Shown: positions 9,559-18,405 of the stretch, in pieces
How the letters are laid out: each line of letters begins with the position of its first letter
Position numbering within the stretch: position 1 is the stretch's first letter
Assembly (NCBI GenBank): GCA_040218735.1
Contig: JAVJQW010000070.1
Coordinates: forward strand, 288,001-352,000
From: Deltaproteobacteria bacterium
Lineage (GTDB): Bacteria; Myxococcota; Kuafuiibacteriia; Kuafuiibacteriales; Kuafuiibacteriaceae
DNA: 64,000 bases
Direction of reading: 5' to 3'
Notes under the pieces: generated by a model
The model's database searches: none
Told to the model about the DNA's origin: nothing
The model's input: only the letters and a program-made list of their open reading frames with translations
Translations under genes and position numbers: made by a program

Positions 9559-10317
9559 TCATTCCTCCCAGGGGCTCTTGGAGCGGTAGTCGATGGTCCA
9601 CGTCATCCAGCGGTGTGGCCCCAAGGCGCGCTCGACCTCGTCGCGGCTCCCGCTCGGCGTCGGACGTGGCGCCTCGTCGGCCGTCGTCAGAACGAGGTGG
9701 ATGGTGCGTGGGCCGAACGCACGCCCCAGCAGCGCCTCGGCTCGAACCTCGTATCGGATCACGCCCGACGGACCCGTTTCGATCGTCGGCGTCGGTCCCG
9801 CGCGGAGCACACCGGGCGCATCCGATGTCTCCACGAAGACCAGGAGCGCGACGTCTGACGTCGGGGTCTCGGGGCGAAGCAGCCAGCGGAGGTGGCTCGA
9901 CGGCACGAAGAGGGTGTTCGTCGGTTCCTCGCCGCGCACCCGCGCGACGCCGCCGAGCGGCCCTTCGGCGGAGAACGCCGGCAGCTCGCGTTTCGGGAGC
10001 AAGGCGACGACGGTGACGGCCGCCGCGACCAGTGTCGCAGCCACCGCGGTGCGCCGACGACGCCGGCTTCGCGGCTGCGGCAACTTGTCTTGCGCGAGCT
10101 CGACCTCCGCGGCCGTCACGTTCGGATCGTAGTCGGCGAGGAGCTGTCGGCACTCCGAGCAGGCGACCAGATGCCGTTCGATCGACTCACGCTCTTCGCC
10201 GGTGACCTCGCCTCGGCCGTAGGCCGCGAGGCGTCCGTCATCCGCATGATCGTCGGGCGCCGGCCCCTGCGAGACTCTGCGCAAGACGGCGTCGACATCC
10301 GCTTCGTCGTCGTTCAT
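9559..10317 (-). CDS. zf-HC2 (ZAS) transmembrane anti-sigma factor
   Basis: H..D..LAAY..G...ERESIERHLVACSECR zinc-binding anti-sigma motif, then RRRR plus a TM helix and an extracytoplasmic beta domain. Confidence 0.85.
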   Translation of the reverse strand: MNDDEADVDAVLRRVSQGPAPDDHADDGRLAAYGRGEVTGEERESIERHLVACSECRQLLADYDPNVTAAEVELAQDKLPQPRSRRRRRTAVAATLVAAAVTVVALLPKRELPAFSAEGPLGGVARVRGEEPTNTLFVPSSHLRWLLRPETPTSDVALLVFVETSDAPGVLRAGPTPTIETGPSGVIRYEVRAEALLGRAFGPRTIHLVLTTADEAPRPTPSGSRDEVERALGPHRWMTWTIDYRSKSPWEE

Positions 10318-12935
10318 CGACCTCCTCCAACCACGAAGAAGGATGCCCAGTCATCGCCGCTCGCCTGGAGTGCCGCGGTTCGCAGCGCCCGCACGGGCAC
10401 GGTGGCGCCTCCGGCGGCGTAGAAGCGCTCGACGAAGGCCCTCGCCGTGCCGTCGACGACGTCCCGCGTCGTCGCGACAACCGCACGGGCTCCGCTCGCG
10501 AGGAAGGCGTCGGCCAGCCCGATTCGAAACGTGCGACCGATGCGCGCAGCGACGCCCGTCGCACAACCGCTGAGCACCACGGTCGTGGCGCGGGGGCGGG
10601 TTGCAAACAGGTCCTCCACCGTGAGCCGCTGCTGCTTCGCGAGGACCAGATGCACACTCCACGGATCCTCGGCGTTCAGAGTGCCGTGCCCCGCGAAGTG
10701 GAAGTGGCGGGTGTCGGCGATCGCGTCGAGGACCCCGTCGCGCGTGGCTGCTTCGTCCGTCAGCAGTACCGCGTCGCCGAGTCGCTCGGCGACCATCGCC
10801 CCCTCGGATCTCGCGCCCGGCAGCGTCGCGGTCGCGTCGGCGACCACGACGGGCGGCGCGTCCGAGGCGACGCGCGGCGACACGAGGAGGCTCGGGTACG
10901 GAATGAACGCCACGGGGAGACGCTCGAGCCAGGCCCGCGCCTCGGCCCGGGTCCCGAGCACCGACCAGGGGTCCGCGGCGCCCATCGTCGCGACGTAGAC
11001 GATCCCGGCCCCGTTCCACCACGGCGCGGTCGGACGTGAATCGAAGACACGCGCCCCCGCCCGCGTGAGCCCGAACCACAGGGGCCTCGCGCCGTCGGTC
11101 CACGGGACGAGGAGCCCATCGTCGGGCCCGAGCGCAGCGACGATACGGTCGAGCTCGGCCGGCGACGGAATCAGTCGTTGCTCGATCGCAGCGAAGGCGT
11201 CGGAGAACGTCGCCTCCAGCGCAGCGCGCTGACGACGTGTCTCGGCGACGAAGCGCTCGCGCTCATCCGCCCCGAGCAGCTCCGCTTCACGTGCACGACG
11301 CTCGAACGTGGCCCGCGCGGCCTGGTACCGGTCGAGGGTTCGGCGCCACTCCAGGCGCGTCGACTCGTCCAGCGCATCGAGCGCGACGCGATCATAGAGC
11401 GACCGAAAGGCGAGCGCGCGGGAGCGGTCGGCGGTGACCAACGCGAGGTCGGACCTCCCCGCGGCGACCAGGGCGTCGACAGCATCGACGAAGAGCTGGC
11501 GACGATCGTCGAGGAAACGAGCCCGATCTCGCGTCAGCTCGGTCTGCCGCGTCACCGACTCGAGGTGCGCCATCGCCGCGGTGTAGTGCCGAGCCACGGC
11601 GTCCCCCTCGAGCACGCGCGCCAGTCCGTAGTGCGCTCGCCACGTGAGGTCCGACGGGGCGCCTCCGGATTCCGCGAGCGCGCGGCGAAGGGCAACACGA
11701 TAGTGTTCGGCGGCGGCCCGCCTCCCCGCGAGGCGGTCCAGGTGCCCACGCATCAGTCGGACGAAGATCTCGACGTGCCCCGGCAATCGACCGGCCGCCA
11801 TCGACGAGAGGAGCGCGCGGCAGGTTTCGTAGTCGCCCGTGAGGTAGCGAACGTAGAGGAGGTTGGTCTGCGCAATCTGGAGCAGATGGCCTTGCTTCGC
11901 GATGCGCGCGAGCTCGAGCGCCGACTCGAGCTCGCGCTCCACCCGAGACCAGTCGCGTTCGAACGCGCCGGCGTTCATCCCACGGGCGAGGACCCAGCTC
12001 CTGTCGACGGCCAACCCGGCACGCTCGAAGTCGGGCATCTCGGCGGCGTCGTCCGCGATCTGTTCGAGCCGGGCCCACGCGTCTTCGTAGCGCCCGACCT
12101 CGAGCAGCGACGCGACCTGCGCCTTCGCGAGCCAGCGCGCTTCGGCCTCGAAGCCCCCCGCCTCGGCGACCACGATGGCCTCGTCCGTCTCGCGTAGCGC
12201 GCGGCGATACTGCCCCAGCTCCGCCCAGACGAGCGCACGGTAGTAGGCGACCATGACCCGACCCTGGTCGTCGTCGACCGAGGCCGTCAGCTCCGCGGAC
12301 TTCGACAACAGCGCGTTCGCCTGCGAGAAGCGCCGTGCCTCGAACTCCTGGAAGGCCGCCGATCGCAGCGCGCGCGCCTGCTCCGTCACGACACCGGTCC
12401 GCTCGGCGGCTTGGGCCCAGGCGTGCGTCGCGCGGAGGCGGCTGGCCGCGTCCCCGAGGAGTCGAAAGGTCGCGCACCTCAACACGTGCGCCTCCAGGAG
12501 CGGCCAGCCACGGAGCTCGGCGATACGTGCTTCGAGCGCCTCGAGCGCGACGTACGGATCGAGTCGCGCGCGGGTGCGGAGATCGTCGAGCACGGTAGCC
12601 CGCGCGGGGACCACGCGAAACCGCCATCGGCGGGCGCCGACCTCGATGAAGCCCTGTTCGACGGCCGGCAACTCGACGTGCGCGATGACACCCGCCGCCC
12701 GCGTCGTCGTGGAGGTGAGCCTCGCGCCCTGCCCCGCTACGGTCACGTCCGGCAGCGGCGCCGTCGCCGTGAAGTAGGGGGGATGCTCCTCGTCGAAGAC
12801 GTAGACGCGCTCCTCGCCCTCGAACGCGATGCCGCGCGCACCACGGAGCGCGATCTCCGCGGGGACGGAAACGCCGACACGCGAGCAGGCAGCGAAGAGG
12901 AGTAACACGGGCCAGAGTCTTACTCGGTCGCGCAC
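10314..12935 (-). CDS. TPR-CHAT domain (caspase-like, clan CD) protease
   Basis: Catalytic HFHFAGHG (~10683-10706) and VVLSGCATG (~10552-10581), plus LPGARSEG and GLADAFLASGARAVVAT; TPR-like helical region upstream. Start approximate (GTG 12935); the ORF-track extension to 14465 is antisense to the M4 gene. Confidence 0.88.
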   Translation of the reverse strand: MRDRVRLWPVLLLFAACSRVGVSVPAEIALRGARGIAFEGEERVYVFDEEHPPYFTATAPLPDVTVAGQGARLTSTTTRAAGVIAHVELPAVEQGFIEVGARRWRFRVVPARATVLDDLRTRARLDPYVALEALEARIAELRGWPLLEAHVLRCATFRLLGDAASRLRATHAWAQAAERTGVVTEQARALRSAAFQEFEARRFSQANALLSKSAELTASVDDDQGRVMVAYYRALVWAELGQYRRALRETDEAIVVAEAGGFEAEARWLAKAQVASLLEVGRYEDAWARLEQIADDAAEMPDFERAGLAVDRSWVLARGMNAGAFERDWSRVERELESALELARIAKQGHLLQIAQTNLLYVRYLTGDYETCRALLSSMAAGRLPGHVEIFVRLMRGHLDRLAGRRAAAEHYRVALRRALAESGGAPSDLTWRAHYGLARVLEGDAVARHYTAAMAHLESVTRQTELTRDRARFLDDRRQLFVDAVDALVAAGRSDLALVTADRSRALAFRSLYDRVALDALDESTRLEWRRTLDRYQAARATFERRAREAELLGADERERFVAETRRQRAALEATFSDAFAAIEQRLIPSPAELDRIVAALGPDDGLLVPWTDGARPLWFGLTRAGARVFDSRPTAPWWNGAGIVYVATMGAADPWSVLGTRAEARAWLERLPVAFIPYPSLLVSPRVASDAPPVVVADATATLPGARSEGAMVAERLGDAVLLTDEAATRDGVLDAIADTRHFHFAGHGTLNAEDPWSVHLVLAKQQRLTVEDLFATRPRATTVVLSGCATGVAARIGRTFRIGLADAFLASGARAVVATTRDVVDGTARAFVERFYAAGGATVPVRALRTAALQASGDDWASFFVVGGGR

Positions 12936-13175
12936 CCGCCCCACCCCCAGCGGGACTACCCGAAGGGGACGCCGGAGGTAAGCGCAACCGTCGATGATCG
13001 TCGTCGGTTCAAGGCGCGTTCCTTTTCTTGGCTCCGCTTTTTTTTCGACACGGCCGACGCCGAGCGCTCGTGAGTTGCAACATCTGTATGTCGCCACCCC
13101 TATGTCGAGGGAGACCCCATCGAGCGAAGACGAGGAAGAAGAAAAGGACCGAGCGTCGCGGTGACTACCGTCAGC
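12936..13175. promoter_or_regulatory. Divergent promoter region between the CHAT operon and the M4 protease
   Basis: Non-coding gap between divergent genes, locally T/A-rich, with a T8 run at 13038-13045 and a purine run GAGGAAGAAGAAAAGGA before the M4 gene. Confidence 0.55.
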
Positions 13176-16100
13176 ATGAAGAAGACACGTCGCTCCCTCC
13201 CACCCTTCGTTCCCCCATCGACCGTCGTCGTCGGGCTCCTCCTGTCGACGTCGGCGTCCGCGGCGCTCCCGCCCGACGCCCCGGGCTGGGTCCACGCCGA
13301 AGAGGTGGCCATCGTCCCCGGTGAGAGCGTCGAGGCGTTCCTCGCGCGCGCCCCAGAAGCTCTGTCGTTGTCCGAAGACAGTGAGCTCGTCGCCACCCCC
13401 GAGGTCGCGTCGCTGTACGGCGGCCTCTCGATCGTCCGCGTTCGTCACCTCTACCAAGGCGTGGCCGTCGTCGACGACTCTCTGGTCTTGAGGGTCGACG
13501 ACGGCGTCGTCAGGTCCGCCCTCGCCCGCGTGGTGCCCAACCTCGTCGCGTCCCTCAGCCGTTTGGCTCCGCACGAGGAGGCGGAGAGTACGGCCACCCA
13601 TGCGTTCGTGGAGCTCGGTCTCGTCGTCCCCTCGCCGATCTGCACGACCCAGCTCGCGCGCCCGCCGGGTCACCCCGACGAGCTCCCCTCCGCCGTCTGG
13701 TCGTGCGTCGCCTACGACGCGACCGGCGTCTTCGCCGGTGAGGTCGTCCTCGACGCCTACTCGCTCGAGACTCGACTCATGCACGATGGCCACGCGCACT
13801 GGACTCCGACGACCGCCGTAGGCCCCACGGTCTACGACTCGGTCCAGAGCTTCTCCGCCGAGTCGCAAGCGACCTCGTCGCCAGCGCAGTGGCGGATGTC
13901 GGGCCCGAACATTCGGACGCTGACGATCAACTACACGGGTGATGCGTCCCTCTGGTACCCCTTCGCCGACACCGACATCACCACCTCGAACGCCCCGACC
14001 TTCCCGATGAGCGCGGCTCCCGAGGCCTCGCTCCACTGGGGCGGCGAACAAGCGCTGGCGATGCAGAACGCGTGGCTCGGGATCGACACGCGCGCTGCGA
14101 TGACGGCGCGCCTCGGGCAACCGCAGTTCATCAACCTCATGGTGCGAGGCCAGGACATCGCGGAGCAGGCCCGCAACGTCCTGCGTTTCGGCGAGTCGAA
14201 CGGACACCCGATCGGGACGCTCGACGTCGTCGGACACGAGTACGGGCACGCCGCGGTCGGATATCAGCAGACCATCGCGGCAGCGGACACGTCGTACCTC
14301 TACTCGGAGTGGGGATCGATGGAGGAGTCCCTCGCGGACATCCTCGGCTCGATGACCGAACTCAGGACCCGCACCACGACGGATTGGATCGTCGGGGGTG
14401 ACCTCCCGGCCAGCGTTGGCTTCAGCCGCCACATGATCGACCCCGCGCTGAGCGTGCCCCCTCAACCCGACGTGTACGGCGGTCAGTACTTCGTCCCCTC
14501 GCCGCTGCTACCGGACGGTTGGCCGCACCCCAACAGCTCGATCTACTCCTTGTGGTTCACCCGGATGGCGCTCGGTGCGACCGGCACCAACAGCGCGATG
14601 GTCGCCTACGACGTGGAGGGGATCGGCGCCGTCCCGGCGCAGAAGATCGCCTTCGGAACGTACATCGAGGAGCTGCCGACCCTCGGCACGTACTACGCCG
14701 CGACCAAGGCGTCGCAGGTCTTCATCCGTGACCACTGCGGTGACTTCTCTCGAGAGGCCCGCGCCTCCCACAACGCTTGGCACTCCGTCGGACTGCAGAC
14801 ATCGCCGGTGACGGGGAACGAATTCCTGGTCCCCGCAGACCAAGCGACCGCGGTCTCGCCGTGGCCCACGAAGCTGAAGTGGCAGGCCGCGATCAACGGG
14901 CCGGCGGAGACGACGTGGGAGATCGAGATCAGCACCGACGCCAACTTCGCGTCGGCGGCGACCCACAGCTACGTCTCGACGCAGTCCGAGGTCGACGGCG
15001 GCATCGGCGTCGGCATCATGGAGACCGACCTCGAGCCCGACACCATGTATTACTGGCGTGTCCGCAAGACCCCCTTCGCCGCGGACTTCGAGTGCTGGCG
15101 CCCGACGCGCAGCTTCACCACCTCCGACGCCGCGCCGACCCCGTTCTACCCGTCCGGCGGGACGATTCACCCCTGGGCGATCCCGTTCGCGTGGTCGCAG
15201 GTCGAAGGCGCGACGTTCTACGAGGTCGAGGTCTCGGACGGTGAGAAGGTGCTCTTCGAGAACCGTCAGGTCTTCGCAGCGGATCCCGAGGAGCCCGATC
15301 CCTCGGAGGCGATCACGGTGCCGAAGCTCGCCGAGTTGGTGTGGCGGGTGCGTGCGATCCGGCAGCCCCCGCCCCCGGCGCAGGGCGAGGTCTTCGGTGC
15401 GTGGAGCTCGCCGGTCTCCTTCATGACCGACGAGCCGCAAGCGATGCTCGTGAGCCCTCCGAACGGGAGCTATCAGTATCCGTGGCCCTTGGAGTTCGTC
15501 TGGCAGCCGCTGCGCGGCGCGACGTTCGACCTGTCGGCGGTGGGCGTGGGCCCGAAGAAGAGTCGGATGACGCCGATCCGCAACCTCGAGACAAAGGACA
15601 CCTTCGCGCTCGTCAGCGTGAACGCCGAAGCCGAACCGGCCGACAACACCGGTCTGGAGTGGGAGATCGCGACGCTCGGCCCGCCCCTCGGGAGCGAGTC
15701 GCTACCGGACGACGAGACCACCCGGGAGTCGGGGAAGATCTCGAGCGCTTGGACCGTGTACATCGACGGCCGCAACACGGAGGTCCATTCGGCGACGGCA
15801 CCGCTCGGCTGCCTGCCCTACAACTCCACGTTCACGTTCAGTTGGGCGCCCGTCGACGGAGCGAGCACTTACAGTGTCAGCGCGTACGGTCCAGCGACCG
15901 TCACGGAAGGCACCTCCGCGACGTTCGCGGCGAAGGCGCCGCAGGGCTACGGGGGCTTCCTCATCAGTATGGACGCCGAGACGACCAAGAACCTGGGACC
16001 GGGTTTCCTCCGCGCGAGCAACTTCGGCTCCACGTTCGAGCGGTACGAAGTCGCGCCGACCAAGCCGATCATCACCGCGATCTATCCGGACGCGTTCGAA

Positions 16101-16748
16101 CCGAAGGAGATGGACTACGACTGGTACAGCGAGTTCGCGAACAGCGACTACTGGGACGTCGAGCTGTACGAGGGCACGACGTGCTCGGGGAGCCTGGTCG
16201 CAGGCGGGACACACCGCTACCCGCCCGACGTCGAGGAGGGTCACAACTTCGGCGCGCGCTGGAACAACGTCCAACCGGGCGCCCACAGCATGAGGATCCG
16301 CAACGCCGCCAACAGCCTGTGCGCGCCCTCGCCGTGGTCCGACTGCGTCGCGTTCGACGGACCGAGACCGCCCGAGCCGGCCCCGCCGCCGAACGCCGCG
16401 ACGTGCGGGCAGCAGGTGGTGAACGGCGGCAACCTCGGCGCCTACTTCGCCGTGCAGCTACCGTCGACCGGCACGGGCCAGGTTCAACTGCAGTACGATC
16501 ACATCTGCGTTCCGGACCGCACGATCGTCCGCGATCCGTACGGCATCATCCTGCACGATACGGGCTGCGTCGCGACGCGAACTCCAGCGTCCCTCCCCGA
16601 AGGTTGCGAGGGGCCGGCCGTCTTCGTCGACGCGGGGTGGGCGCCATTCCTGACCTCGTCGTACGTGACAGTCCAGGTCATCCCGGACTGCATGCTCGCG
16701 AACAACACGGAGTGGGCGGTGAAGGTCGACTGCCAGATGGATCCGTAG
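13176..16748 (+). CDS. Secreted M4 (thermolysin-family) metalloprotease with Fn3-like and Cys-rich C-terminal domains
   Basis: Signal peptide, propeptide-like VRVRHLYQGVAV, zinc motif DVVGHEYGH, third-ligand segment GSMEESLADILG and PHPNSSI; followed by repeated W...YEVEVS...YYWRVR beta-sandwich units. Confidence 0.85.
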   Translation: MKKTRRSLPPFVPPSTVVVGLLLSTSASAALPPDAPGWVHAEEVAIVPGESVEAFLARAPEALSLSEDSELVATPEVASLYGGLSIVRVRHLYQGVAVVDDSLVLRVDDGVVRSALARVVPNLVASLSRLAPHEEAESTATHAFVELGLVVPSPICTTQLARPPGHPDELPSAVWSCVAYDATGVFAGEVVLDAYSLETRLMHDGHAHWTPTTAVGPTVYDSVQSFSAESQATSSPAQWRMSGPNIRTLTINYTGDASLWYPFADTDITTSNAPTFPMSAAPEASLHWGGEQALAMQNAWLGIDTRAAMTARLGQPQFINLMVRGQDIAEQARNVLRFGESNGHPIGTLDVVGHEYGHAAVGYQQTIAAADTSYLYSEWGSMEESLADILGSMTELRTRTTTDWIVGGDLPASVGFSRHMIDPALSVPPQPDVYGGQYFVPSPLLPDGWPHPNSSIYSLWFTRMALGATGTNSAMVAYDVEGIGAVPAQKIAFGTYIEELPTLGTYYAATKASQVFIRDHCGDFSREARASHNAWHSVGLQTSPVTGNEFLVPADQATAVSPWPTKLKWQAAINGPAETTWEIEISTDANFASAATHSYVSTQSEVDGGIGVGIMETDLEPDTMYYWRVRKTPFAADFECWRPTRSFTTSDAAPTPFYPSGGTIHPWAIPFAWSQVEGATFYEVEVSDGEKVLFENRQVFAADPEEPDPSEAITVPKLAELVWRVRAIRQPPPPAQGEVFGAWSSPVSFMTDEPQAMLVSPPNGSYQYPWPLEFVWQPLRGATFDLSAVGVGPKKSRMTPIRNLETKDTFALVSVNAEAEPADNTGLEWEIATLGPPLGSESLPDDETTRESGKISSAWTVYIDGRNTEVHSATAPLGCLPYNSTFTFSWAPVDGASTYSVSAYGPATVTEGTSATFAAKAPQGYGGFLISMDAETTKNLGPGFLRASNFGSTFERYEVAPTKPIITAIYPDAFEPKEMDYDWYSEFANSDYWDVELYEGTTCSGSLVAGGTHRYPPDVEEGHNFGARWNNVQPGAHSMRIRNAANSLCAPSPWSDCVAFDGPRPPEPAPPPNAATCGQQVVNGGNLGAYFAVQLPSTGTGQVQLQYDHICVPDRTIVRDPYGIILHDTGCVATRTPASLPEGCEGPAVFVDAGWAPFLTSSYVTVQVIPDCMLANNTEWAVKVDCQMDP

Positions 16749-16775
16749 GGGCCCTCTGACAGGAACCTGAACGGG

Positions 16776-17867
16776 CTACGCGCTCAGCGCGGCGCGTGCG
16801 AGTAGCGACCAGCGCGAGAACGCGCCCGCGAAGGCCCTGTCGCCGGAGCGCGCGGGGACGCCGATCAAACGAACCTTGTCGCCGTCGACGTCGATCCACA
16901 GGCGACCGTCCGCCTTCGAGCCCGTCGCAAGGCCGATCATCAGCAGCCCCAAACCCGCGAGCAGCAACAGCCCCGCGGAGGACTGCGACAGGCCCTTCCC
17001 TGGCGTCGGCTTGCGCCCCATCGAGCGCGCCTTCACGGCGACGAAGCCCTGGCGGTGTTTCTCGTCGAAGCCCTCCGGCGCGTTCAGGTAGACCCAGAAC
17101 TCGTCGATGCGCTTCGTGTCGTCGATGACCTTCTCGATGCGGACCGCCGGGCCCATGCCGTCCTTCGTCGCCGCGTAGTTCCGGAGGAAGTAACGCGGAC
17201 GCCACTGGAAGAACTGGCGGCTCTCGTCCTCCACCATGTCGAACAGGCCGACCGTCTGCGTGCGGCTGTCCTTCACCTCGAGCACCGCGCTCACCATCGT
17301 GTTCACGAGCGGCACCGGCTGCGCCGCGAGGCCCGCTCCGACCACCAGCGCGATCAAACCGAGGTGGGCGAGGAGCGGCGCCATGTCCGCCGACGGGCTC
17401 GTCTGAAACGACATCGTGACCCGAGCGCCCTCGACACGCTCGTCCGTCGGCGCCGATCCCAACACCGCGCGGAACGACTCACGCAGCTGCTCCACCGCGA
17501 GCTCGGGCGTCGTCGACGCCAGCTCCACCGTGTGCGGCGCACCCGCCGGCGCCACGCCGAAGTCCTGGTCCACGCGGTCGCGCTTCAACACCCGAACCGT
17601 CACCGCGAGGACGTTCGCGAGGATCAACACCCCGAGCGCACGCACCCACGCCGTCTCGAAGAGATCCGTCAGCCCCCACGCGGCGAGCTCCTGAAGCTGC
17701 TCGGTGTGTGGCAAGCGCATCAGCGCCATCGCCTCGCGGCCCTGCGGCACGACGGCCGCGACCCCCGCCAGCAACGCCAAGAGGATCGCCAACACGGCCG
17801 TCGTCCGCATGGACGACAGCACGAGCCAGAACCGGTCCACGAGGTTCAGCTCGTCACGCGCGCTCAT
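16776..17867 (-). CDS. ResB/Ccs1-like cytochrome c biogenesis membrane protein
   Basis: LSSMRTTAVLAILLALLA...VPQG, GLTDLFETAW and the conserved His in LAHLGLIALVVG; ATGA overlap with the upstream cytochrome gene. Confidence 0.7.
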   Translation of the reverse strand: MSARDELNLVDRFWLVLSSMRTTAVLAILLALLAGVAAVVPQGREAMALMRLPHTEQLQELAAWGLTDLFETAWVRALGVLILANVLAVTVRVLKRDRVDQDFGVAPAGAPHTVELASTTPELAVEQLRESFRAVLGSAPTDERVEGARVTMSFQTSPSADMAPLLAHLGLIALVVGAGLAAQPVPLVNTMVSAVLEVKDSRTQTVGLFDMVEDESRQFFQWRPRYFLRNYAATKDGMGPAVRIEKVIDDTKRIDEFWVYLNAPEGFDEKHRQGFVAVKARSMGRKPTPGKGLSQSSAGLLLLAGLGLLMIGLATGSKADGRLWIDVDGDKVRLIGVPARSGDRAFAGAFSRWSLLARAALSA

Positions 17868-18340
17868 GGCGACCCTGCTTCTACCTCAGGCTCCGCCTCC
17901 GCGGAACGCAGGCGGCTGTGGTTCACCAGCTTCACCGCCTCGGCGTACACAAACGACGCGACGTTCGGCGTGTCCTGCGCGTGACAGGGGCGGCACGTCT
18001 GCTCGTCGACCTTCTCCAGGCCGAGGAGCTTCGAGAGGCGCTCGTCGCGCATCACGTTGTCCGGCGCGTACAGGCTCCCCGCCCCGTGGCAGGACTCACA
18101 CTGCACCCCCGCCAACCGCGGATCGCGGCTCTCCGGCGCAGTGGTGTGGCAACCGCGGCACGCGGCGTCGTCCGCCTGGCGCTTCGTGAGATGCGCGAGC
18201 GCCGTGGCGTGCCCCGACTTCTTCCAGTCGGCGTACTCCTTCTCGTGGCAGGTGCCGCACTGTTCGGCGCCGATGAAGTCGGCCGCGACCGCCGGTCCGG
18301 CGACCAGCAGCGTGCCCAGGGCGATGACGAGCCTGCGCAT
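17864..18340 (-). CDS. Tetraheme cytochrome c (c554/c552-like)
   Basis: Signal peptide, FIGAEQCGTCHEKEYADWKKSGHA and four CxxCH motifs (CGTCH, CRGCH, CESCH, CRPCH). Confidence 0.88.
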   Translation of the reverse strand: MRRLVIALGTLLVAGPAVAADFIGAEQCGTCHEKEYADWKKSGHATALAHLTKRQADDAACRGCHTTAPESRDPRLAGVQCESCHGAGSLYAPDNVMRDERLSKLLGLEKVDEQTCRPCHAQDTPNVASFVYAEAVKLVNHSRLRSAEAEPEVEAGSP

Positions 18341-18405
18341 GTCGGGCGGGAGCCTACTGAGGCGCGTGGCCCGTGTCCAAGCAACAATGCACGCCGTCGT
18401 CGCCA

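Noticed and set aside
6661-12935. CHAT plus sigma locus as a type III-E CRISPR (Craspase) system
   Set aside because: No cas7-11, csx30/csx31-like genes or CRISPR array in the window; only the protease-to-sigma logic is analogous.
12936-14465. N-terminal ~500 aa of the 1383-aa CHAT ORF
   Set aside because: Mostly antisense to the M4 protease gene, with no domain-like character; a stop-poor shadow frame.
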